From Malacoraja senta (lineage: Eukaryota): 43,253 nt of DNA. The stretch covers positions 186,001 to 229,253 of the forward strand of contig JAXLNO010000041.1 in NCBI GenBank assembly GCA_038087875.1. The letters run 5' to 3'. The stretch's first letter is position 1. Each line of letters opens with the position of its first letter. This document shows positions 1 to 8,644 of the stretch, piece by piece. The translations under genes were made by a program, and so were the position numbers. The notes under the pieces are model-generated. The model was not told the DNA's origin and searched no databases. It saw only the letters and a program-made list of their open reading frames with translations.

Positions 1-124
1 CTCTCACCTTTAACCTAATTCCTCTGGTTCTTTATTCTCCAACTCTGGGTAAAGGACAGTGTGCATTCACGTTCTCCAATCCGCTAATGATTTCATACAC
101 TCAGCCTCCAGCGCTCAAGATATC

Positions 125-417
125 AGAGATCCGCCGTGGAAACAGGCCCTTCGTCCCACAGAATCCGCGCTTACCAACGATCACCAACAGTAGCACTATC
201 CTGCAAGCTAGAGACAAGTTACAATTTGCAGACGTTAAGAATAAACTATATTTCTGTACGTATTTCTAGTCTGGGAGGTAATCGGAACACCCGGAGAAAA
301 CCTAGGCAGTCATCGGGAGAACTTGCAAAATCGCTACTGACAGCACCGTACTCAGGTTCTAATCCGGGTGTCTGACACTGCAAGGGAGCAACTCTACCGC
401 TACGACACGATGCCGCC
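125..417 (-). mobile_element. Degenerate tRNA-derived SINE (HE1/V-SINE-like) with CR1-like 3' tail
   Basis: Minus strand begins GGCGGCATCGTGTCGTAGCGGTAGAGTTGCT (A-box-like head), followed by the core TTCTCCGGGTGTTCCGATTACCTCCC. It resembles the other SINE copies in the window. The left boundary is approximate. Confidence 0.6.
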
Positions 418-1336
418 TAATTTAGTCCTACCCAGCTCAACCGATCCTTTTTGCGTAGTCGCTCGAGGGAGTATAGTAGAGCTGTGATCTGGAACACCCT
501 TCTAGTGAAGGGGTTGTCATGTTGCTGTTGTGGGGGAATAATCAGACTATAGCGATGCAGAGAAGTAATTCAGTACCGCCTCATTGAGCAAAAACAGTAA
601 TTACTGCTTTAAGGTATTTGCATATTTGTGCAGTCGCCCATTGGGAAAGGCACCAGGCGTATTTAGAGTGTTTAATTTTACTGCCCTCACGTGACTATCC
701 ATCAAGGGATTTACTTTAGCAGTTGCTGTAGCTACGCATCTGGTGTCCAGTGATATATCCAGCGACTCAGATCTGGATCACTCAGCAGGGCCCAATGGTG
801 AACCACCCATCTATATTACTGGTAATCCGCCATATGCGGTAGTATATTTTGGTTTATAGACTTCCTATTCTTCCCGAGTCCCGGACGATTTTGCTGCTAT
901 TAGTAAAGGTCAATCACTACCTGAAATTAGAAAGTCTGTCAGGGTGTCGGTAAAGTGTAATTGGTTAACGTAATTCTGACAATTCCGGGCCAGCCCATCC
1001 TCCATCCAGTGACACCCACGGTTCTATAATTAAAACAGATAATTCTGCAGTTATTAAACAGGTTATCCAGGACCGAGAGAAAGTGAAACAGAACAAACGT
1101 TTCAGATCTCTGGTCACATTTCCTATCCCGCTGCCAAGTGTCGTAAGAGCTCTTGTAATTCTCTGCAGCTATTGGCTAATGATATGGAAACGGATTCCGG
1201 AGAAGCAGCTCGCAGTTGGAAACAATCAAACCACCAGGACACCTGCACAGAATGAAAGCAAACCGACAACTGAGAGAGAACAGTAAAGCAGGCACATCCA
1301 ACCGCATCAACGGAGCAGAGAACAAGACAACGGCGA

Positions 1337-1374
1337 TGTTTTTGTAAGGGGCTTAACTTGTTTCCATCACGGTG
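1337..1374 (-). other. V(D)J recombination signal sequence, 23-type (22-bp spacer)
   Basis: Minus strand: heptamer CACCGTG (1374-1368), spacer ATGGAAACAAGTTAAGCCCCTT (22 nt), nonamer ACAAAAACA (1345-1337). It directly follows the YYCALC codons. Heptamer and nonamer each differ from consensus (CACAGTG / ACAAAAACC) by one base. Confidence 0.92.
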
Positions 1375-1840
1375 CGGCACAGTGCGCAGTAATAGACTGC
1401 AGAATCGCTGAGATCCAGCCCTGAGATACTCAAGCTGGTGAACTTAATCGCGGTATTGAGCACAATAGAGAAACGAGTATCAACGTATTGGGCCTTATAT
1501 TCATATGTGTTGGTGTCTCTCCACATAGTAAACTCGAGCTGCATGCCTGGATATTGTCGGTACCATAATAAAGTATATCCACTCCATGTGGTATCATAGT
1601 TACAAGTTAAAGTCACCGCTTCTCCTTTTGTCTTCTTCGCCGAGTGCAGTGGCTGTGTGACAGATTCTCCGTGAATAATGACTGTAAAATAAATATATTG
1701 AGATAGTAACAGACATCGGAGTCTCATGAGATTGCACTTCTCAAAACCTGAATGAGAAAGGCGAGTAAAACTGAAAAATTTGATCCCGAATTACCTGTCA
1801 GAAACGCTCCCCACCCAACACAGATGCCGACGAAACGCAT
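1375..1840 (-). CDS. TRAV/DV: T-cell receptor alpha/delta variable gene segment, apparently functional: leader exon 1840-1795, 113-bp phase-1 intron 1794-1682, V exon 1681-1375
   Basis: The leader exon is 46 nt (MRFVGICVGWGAFLT+G) and ends at the donor G|GTAATT. The acceptor TTTTACAG| resumes in the matching phase to give VIIHG-ESVTQ...VTLTC...LLWYRQYPG...RFS...TSLSISGLDLSDSAVYYCAL. Cys23, Trp41, Leu89 and Cys104 are intact, with no stops, and an RSS follows. The YYCAL end and FR3 pattern fit alpha/delta better than beta, gamma or Ig; alpha versus delta cannot be resolved here. Confidence 0.9.
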
Positions 1841-1928
1841 TTTACCCGTTCACTCTGTACTAGCTGCGTTCCAAACTTGAAGCGACACAAACTGGTGCGT
1901 TTTCTCAGTCAAAGAGCGGCTGCTGGTC

Positions 1929-1937
1929 ACCGGATGT
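1929..1937. promoter_or_regulatory. Candidate ETS site in the V promoter region
   Basis: ACCGGATGT matches an ETS consensus and lies about 90 bp upstream of the leader ATG. This is a motif match only. Confidence 0.3.
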
Positions 1938-2166
1938 TCGCTGTCACTGCCCTGTTCCGCCAGTGATGGAGTCAGAGATGTGGGTGGCCAGCGGGGTCTC
2001 AGCCAATTGAAATACACGTAGCCGGAATCCAGCTTTCCCCCCGAGAGAAGTCGCATCCGCTTGAATGAACCGTGGTTGAGGAAGACATATTTGTTCTTGT
2101 AACCGGTAGTGAAGGTGCGAAGCCTGAGATTGTTAAACGGAACAATAATAATGTGCATATTCACAA

Positions 2167-2520
2167 ATGGAATAGATCGGGTAAACTCACAGAGTCTCTT
2201 GGCCAGATTAGGGGGATCGAGAAACAGAGAAAATAGATTTAAGGTCAGTGGGGAGGAAGATTTAATAGAGACCAGAAGGGTAACTTTTTAATACAAAGGG
2301 GGCTTATGGAACGAGCTGCCGGAGGTAGTAGTTAAGGCAGGCACAATCGCAAAGTTTAAGAAGAACGTTGACATATGCATGGATAGAACATATGTTGAGG
2401 GATAGGGGCGAAACACATGCGGGTAGGACTAGTGTAGATGGAACATGTTGGCCGGTGTGGGCAAGTTGGATCGAAAGGTGTGTTTGCGCGCTGTAAGACT
2501 CTATGATGCCATGATTCTAA
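2167..2520 (+). mobile_element. CR1 LINE 3' end fragment
   Basis: Degenerate ORF2 C-terminus (TGGAACGAGCTGCCGGAGG, WNELPE), then a 3' UTR ending CGCTGTAAGACTCTATGATGCCATGATTCTA. Confidence 0.75.
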
Positions 2521-2523
2521 AAA

Positions 2524-2654
2524 AACACAACAGTATTAACGGCATCCGTCCAAAGGCGACAGTTGTACAGTCGTTTCGCCAGTGTCGAGAAAACAACAGT
2601 GTTAACGGCATCGTCCAAAGGCGACAGTTGCACAGTCGCTTCGGCAGTGTCGAG
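2524..2654. repeat. Two-copy tandem repeat, about 65-66 bp unit
   Basis: ACAACAGT(A/G)TTAACGGCATC(C)GTCCAAAGGCGACAGTTG(T/C)ACAGTCG...CAGTGTCGAG starts at 2527 and again at 2593. Confidence 0.85.
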
Positions 2655-2896
2655 TAAAGGGGAGTTATTACGATGTTTTGATGTTTTAATTGAGAAATGC
2701 ACGTGATTTCGATATGAAGTATATTACAAGCAAAGCCAGAAGGATGTACAAGGAGACATTTTCAATCAATGTTTCCAGTTCCACTCTCCCTTCATCAGCC
2801 ATGTTTTGGCATATGAAATTCATTCCTGAGGACCTCATCACACCGAGTCCACGCCGACCACCGATGATCAGATAACTTTCGTTCCATGTTATTTCA

Positions 2897-3295
2897 CTTT
2901 TACATCTATTCCTTTCACACTTGGTGTATGCTTACAGAGGCCAATTAACCTAAAACATCACACCTATTTGGGATACGGGAGGAAATCAGAGCACCTGGAC
3001 GATACCGACACGGTCACAGCGAGACGGGAAAACTCCACTCAGACATCACCCGAGTACAGGATTGATCCCGGGTCTCTGAAGCTTTTACATCTATTCCTTT
3101 CACACTTGGTGTATGCTTACAGAGGCCAATTAACCTAAAACATCACACCTATTTGGGATACGGGAGGAAATCAGAGCACCTGGACGATACCGACACGGTC
3201 ACAGCGAGACGGGAAAACTCCACTCAGACATCACCCGAGTACAGGATTGATCCCGGGTCTCTGAAGCTTTGAGGCAGCAGCTGCGCCACTGTGCC
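2897..3295 (-). mobile_element. HE1/V-SINE-like SINE with an apparently perfect 185-bp tandem duplication (2897-3081, 3082-3266)
   Basis: Minus-strand head GGCACAGTGGCGCAG...AGAGACCCGGGATCAATCCTG. The body is repeated with period 185 and CTTT microhomology at the junction. Confidence 0.85.
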
Positions 3296-4180
3296 GACAA
3301 AATGTGTGAATTGTTTTTATAAAGAGTGCAGCTGGGTGATTGTTGAACTTTAACCACAGCTAACCGGCAAAATAGGTTTGGAATTTCCATGAGTTGCAGC
3401 AGTATATCGAGTGGTCTGGTGATCTGCATTCTGCGCACAGACCGCTGCTGCCTGGATTCGGTTCGTGGTCAGGGGTTATGGCTGTTTTTTTCTATCTCCA
3501 ATGGAAACACTATTAGACCGCGCACCGTTCACTCTGCGTAGTATCAGCGTCGCCGCCACCACGTGAACAGTCAGCAGCTCACTAACATTTAAAATGATAT
3601 ACTTATGCAAAATACACAAAGATTATTGCTACCAACGGCTAACATTACCATAATCCCGACAGGGTCAGGCGGCCAGGGGTCTCAGAATCAAATTAATATT
3701 GAGATTCGCTTTCAAAATATATCTCCAAAATCAAAGAAAATATAAACCAACAATGGCCCACAAATCATCTTTTCGAATATGCTAACTATACAACGTGATG
3801 TCAGTCATGTAAACAAACCACTGGATATTGGAAGATAATTCTAATGCACTCTCGCTCACTTTCTCGCGGAGTGGCGTGGATATCAGGGCAGTTGGGGAGG
3901 AGCAGCTATAAATTGAGATATAGCAACATTTGACTGGGTCTTTACATGGAAATGGTTCCGCCTTCACAGAACTCGACTATGGCAAAAACAAGTGCGATTG
4001 TTGTGAATTGTGGAACCAGTCATAGTACGTCAAGTTTTTGTATTTCAAAATATATACTTTATTCGAGAAATAAATATATACAATACATGATCGTTACAAA
4101 ACCCCATCCGACATTCTCGGAGGCTAAACATATATTCAATACTGTTTACACAAATTACACAATTTTACCTCCCACCTTAG

Positions 4181-4335
4181 GGGTCACAAGTAACATTAGA
4201 ACATTTGCAGATGACACAAAGCTGGATGGCAGTGTGAACAATGAGGAGGATGCTGTGAGAATGACTTCGACAGGTTGCGTGAGTGGGCAGCTGCATGGCA
4301 GAAGCAATTTAATGTGGGTAAATGTGAGGTTAGCC
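4181..4335 (+). mobile_element. CR1 RT fragment
   Basis: Translates to IRTFADDTKLDGSVNNEEDA (RT catalytic FADD motif). Confidence 0.8.
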
Positions 4336-4360
4336 ACATAATTAATGTGAGGTCAGCCAA

Positions 4361-4822
4361 GTAATTCCACATCAATGTATTATCAATGCATTCCGATGAT
4401 TTCGCCCTAATATCTGGAATAACGTCACATGCGGCCCCCCCTGTCTGTTTTATTGATAAAAACATCGCTCAAAATATAACTATTTGATCAAGGACATTCC
4501 TTGCTGATATTTATTTCCGGTCATTTGGCACGTTATACGTTAAATTTTCTTATGATTTTCTTCATGAAGTGCCAACAGGTGAAAGATATTAATGCCGCTG
4601 CTGTTTCCAATTATATTCACTCCCACCTAGACAGGTCCATGTGATTTACATCATTTAGACCGCTGCACAGGAACCATTATCGTTTGTTTTGAAGAGGAGC
4701 TCCAAGCGAAACCCAGGAAAATATTATTACTGGGTACATGTCAAGTGAATTCAACAGTGTCTGGTAAGAGCAGTAGAAAGGTAGAAAATACAATATTACA
4801 TCGCAGCATGTGTTGATAAGTG
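4361..4822 (+). repeat. Old paralogue (U0) of the GPCR upstream block; ancient CR1 remnant
   Basis: Shares TCAATGCATT..GAT.ATTTCGCCCTAATATCTGGAATAAC, CTTCATGAAGTGCCAACAG.TGAAAGATA and ATCGCAGCAT.TGT.GATAA with 7880-8325 and, with more mismatches, 23280-23720. Confidence 0.7.
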
Positions 4823-5713
4823 ATCACAAGGTCATAAGTGATAAGTGCAGAATTAGGCCACTAGGCTCATCAAGCCTACTCCGCCATTTAATCATGGATG
4901 ATCCATCTCTCCCCCCCCCAACCCCATCTTCCTGCCTTCTCCCCATAACCGCTGACACTCGTACTAATCAAAAATCCATCTATCTCTGCCTTAAATATAT
5001 AAATTGACGGCTTCCACAGCCTGGTGTGGCAAAGAACTCCACAGATTCAACACCCTTTAATTAAAGATATTCTTCCTCCTTCTTCCCAAAGGAACGCCAT
5101 TCCATTTTGAGGCTATGGCCTATGGTCGAATACTCTCCCTCTAGTGGAATCATCCTCTTCACGTCCACTCTATGCAAACCTTTCACTATTCGATAAGTTT
5201 CAATGTGGACCCCCATGATGCTTCCAAACTCCCGCGAATGTCGTCAAACGCTCGTCATATTTTAACCGACTCCTTTGCTGGGATCGTTGTTGTAAACGTA
5301 CTCTGGACCCTATCATGAACTGGGAATTCCTTCCTCAGATATGGTACCCACAATTGCTCACGATACTCCAAAAGCGACCTGACCAGTGCCTGATAGTGCC
5401 TCAGTATTGCATACCTGTTTTTTGTATTATTGCCCTATTGAAATAAATGCTAGCATTTTGTTTGCCTTCCTTACTACCAATTCGATTTACAAATTACCTG
5501 GTTTGGGTATCCTGCACTAGCACTCTCAAGTCCCTTTGCACCTTCGATTTCTGGATTCTCTCCGCAGTTTGTAAATGGTCTACGCTTTTATTCCTACTTC
5601 GAAAATGCATGACTCCACACTTTGCTACTCAATATTCCATCTGCCACTTCTCTGCCCACTCTCCCAAACTATCCAAGTCCTTATGTAAAGTTTCAGCTTT
5701 CTCTGCACTACCT
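4823..5713 (-). mobile_element. 5'-truncated CR1 LINE (RT C-terminus and 3' UTR)
   Basis: Minus-strand translation includes LHKDLDSLGEWAEKWQMEY. A short repeat tail (CATAAGTGATAAG) lies at the left end. Confidence 0.8.
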
Positions 5714-5736
5714 GTGTATGGAGCACGCTGCCAGAG

Positions 5737-6890
5737 ACAATAGGCAATAGACAATAGGTAAAGGAGTAGACCATTCGGCCCTTCGAGCCATTCAATGTGA
5801 TCATGGCTGATCATCTCAAATCAGTACCCCGTTCCTCCGTTCTCCCCATACCACCTGGCTCCGCTATCTTTAAGAGCCCTATCTAGCTCTCTCTTGAAAG
5901 TATCCAGAGAACCGGCCTCTACCGCCTTCTAATTAAGATAATTCCACAGACTCACAACTCTCTGTGAGAACAATTGTTTCCTCGTCTCCGTTCTAAATGG
6001 CTTACCCCTTATTCTTAAACGGTGCCCCCTGGTTCGGGACTCCCCCAACATCGGGAACATGTTTCCTGCCTCTAGCGCGTCCTAAACCTTATTACTCTTA
6101 TATGTTTCAATAAGATGCCCTCTCATCCTTCTAAACTACAGAGTATACAAGCCCAGCCGCTCCGTTCTCTCAGCATATGATAGTCCCTCCATCCCGGGTA
6201 TTAACGGTGCACTCCCTCAATAGCAAGAATGGCATTCCTCAAATTAGGGTACCAAAACTGCACAATACTCCAGATGTGGTCTCACTGGGGCCCTGTACAA
6301 ATGCAGAAGGTCCCTTTGCTCCTATACTCGACTCCTCTTGTTATATAGGCCAACATGCCATTCCCTTTCTTCACTGCCTGCTGTACCTACATGCTTACTT
6401 TCATAGAATGACGAACAAGGACCCCCCAGATCACATTGTACTTCCACTTTTCCCAACTTGACGCCATTTAGATAGTAATATGCTTTCCTGTTTGTGATAC
6501 CGAAGTGGATAACTTCACATTTATTCCCATTAAACTTCAACTGCCATGCATTTGCCCACTCCCCCAACCTGTCCAATTCATCCTGCATTCGCATAGCATC
6601 CTCGTCACAGTTCACACTGCCACCCAGCTTTGCGTCATCTGCAAATTTGCTAATGTCACTTTGAATCCCTTCATCCAAATCATTTATATATATTGTAAAT
6701 AGCTGCGGTCCCACCACAGAGTCTTGTTGTACCCGACTTGTCACTGCCTGCCATTCTGAAAGGGACCCGTTAATCCCCACTCTTTGTTTCCTATCTGCCC
6801 ACCAATTTTCCATCCATGTCAGCGCTCTACCCCCAATACCATGTGCCATAATGTTGCCCATTAATCTCCTATGTGGGACCTTATCAAATG
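5737..6890 (-). mobile_element. 5'-truncated CR1 LINE
   Basis: ORF 6322-6861 gives GPQLFTIYINDLDEGIQSDISKFADDAKLGG...WQLKFN (RT). Tail CAATAGGCAATAGACAATAGG at 5738-5758. Confidence 0.9.
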
Positions 6891-8348
6891 CGTAGGCAGG
6901 TGGGGTGTGCAGCCAGTCTTGATTATATTGCCTCTCGTGATAACGTTCAAAACTTGAAATGTCAACTCACAACATCGTTCACTGCAGAGAAATAAAATAT
7001 CCTGACCTATACAGTCTCTCTCGGAATTGAACGTCTCCAGTCCTGGCAAAATCTTTGTCATTAATAACCTGCCACTCGCCAGATTAATGGTATCATTGCT
7101 AACATATTGCAATCTGGACAACATTGCACGTGCGGTCTCGCCAACGTCCTATACCAGATGGTTAAACTCCACTTATACCCAACTGCGTGCGACTCCGGAA
7201 GTGAAATAAGCCCACACCTTAAGATGGCTGAGGGAAACAATATCCTACAATCCCCATACAAATTGACTCGCATCGCTTGCAAGCCGATTGCTCATGAACA
7301 AGATGGAGAAAAGGCCCTGTTTCCGTGCTGTATAGCATGCAACGACCACTTACAGTGAGAGTTGGTTGAATATACCTGCCTCTCCCGTGAGGAGGAGTTG
7401 GCGCTGCGTCCCCTTTAAATATTTACCGACTCATTTTAGACTACTGCCCTCTTTTAGAGACCTATATCAGAGGAACAAAATAAAATACCTCCACTGATCA
7501 TCACCGTGTCTTATTTTAACACTATAACTCCTCGGGGTCTTGTGCGCGAGGAACCTCTGCATTATCAAGTCCATCTCACAATTTACAGCGTCCAATATGA
7601 GTATCATTCTTGTGAATAGAGTTGCATACTCCCTAGTTAAAATGGATTCTTAATGAATTATTTCGAAAAATAATATCCCTCCTCCTGTGCTGTACTGCTC
7701 TGTGAAGGTTTTTCCTGTGAATTGCTTAGTTTGAGTGCACAAAACATGACACTTCTTTCTTAGGTCACGACTTTCTTCAGAATGATCTACTCCCAAACAT
7801 GTACCGCCGGTCAGATTCTCCTTAACCGATTCAGTCGGCTCTATCATCTTGCATATCAACATTCTTGATATCTCCAACGGATCAATGCATTGAGATTATT
7901 TCGCCCTAATATCTGGAATAACATCAAAATCTATTCACCTCTCGTTTTATGAATTAACACATTTCTTTCAAGATAACCTGTAGATCAAGAACATTTCTTG
8001 TCGATATTTATTTCTGGTCAGTTTCCACGTTGCACATAATATTTGCATATCCTTTACTTCATGAAGTGCCAACAGTTGAAAGATAGTAATGCTGCTGTTG
8101 TAGCTGAATTGTATGAGATGTCGTCTAGAAGGTTCCTGTGACTTACATCATTTGGAACGCTGCCCAAGAATGATTCCCTTTTCTTTTGAAAAGGAGCTGC
8201 ATGAGGAATCCAGGATCAAACTATTAATGGGTGCATGTTAATGAATGGAACAGTGTCTGAAAAATGCATTACAAATGCTACAAATAAAACACTATATTAT
8301 ATCGCAGATTGTGTGGATAAATGCTATATGACATGTATTTTGCTGCAT
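6891..8348. repeat. GPCR upstream block U1, a mosaic of ancient CR1 remnants, paralogous to 22074-23745
   Basis: Colinear with 22301-23745 at roughly 85% identity by eye. The minus part reads like decayed ...YRTLARPHVQCC. The plus part reads like decayed KVP...W...KR...NPGSNY (CR1 KVPEDW...KKG...NPGNYRP). Confidence 0.7.
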
Positions 8349-8563
8349 CTTCGTGTCACACCTTTAAATTTAAAAATAGAATGTGCAGTCGTATCTTACA
8401 TTTCCCTTGTGCGGTTGGTACTCAGCTGGTGCCTGAGTAGCAAACGATCGCATAATGAGTTTGATCGCTTTGTATCACCAGGGAGCAACCTATTTGTTGA
8501 ACGGTCCAAAACGGATGTCCGCGGGGAGGTGAACGCACGCTGTCCTTCACTTTTTTCTAGGAA

Positions 8564-8571
8564 TATAAATA
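8564..8571 (+). promoter_or_regulatory. Candidate TATA box of the GPCR
   Basis: TATAAATA about 80 bp upstream of the exon-1 ATG, next to a small CpG-containing patch. Motif and position only. Confidence 0.35.
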
Positions 8572-8644
8572 TAGCGCGGTTTGACTTCTCACTTTGACTT
8601 CTGTAAGTTTTGAACGGCATAACTGGGTACGGCTTGACGGAGAA

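Noticed and set aside
1682-1727. ORF-track start MRLRCLLLSQYIYFT as the V signal peptide
   Set aside because: These codons lie in the intron. A proper 46-nt leader exon with phase-matched GT/AG sites exists at 1840-1795.
3525-3550. 12-bp match CCGTTCACTCTG to the V 5' UTR (1846-1857), suggesting a second V remnant
   Set aside because: No leader, V-like frame or RSS was found nearby, and similarity collapses within about 25 bp.
616-8048. Ig-type octamer ATTTGCAT at 616-623 and 8041-8048
   Set aside because: Neither is at a V-promoter position. The second is not conserved in paralogue U2. One or two hits are expected by chance in 43 kb of AT-rich DNA.
7600-8250. Block U as a decayed host gene (one frame reads KILLLGTC / KLLMGAC, reminiscent of class C GPCR ectodomains)
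   Set aside because: Another frame aligns better with the CR1 RT N-terminal region (KVP..W...KKG..NPGNY), and stops are shared among copies.
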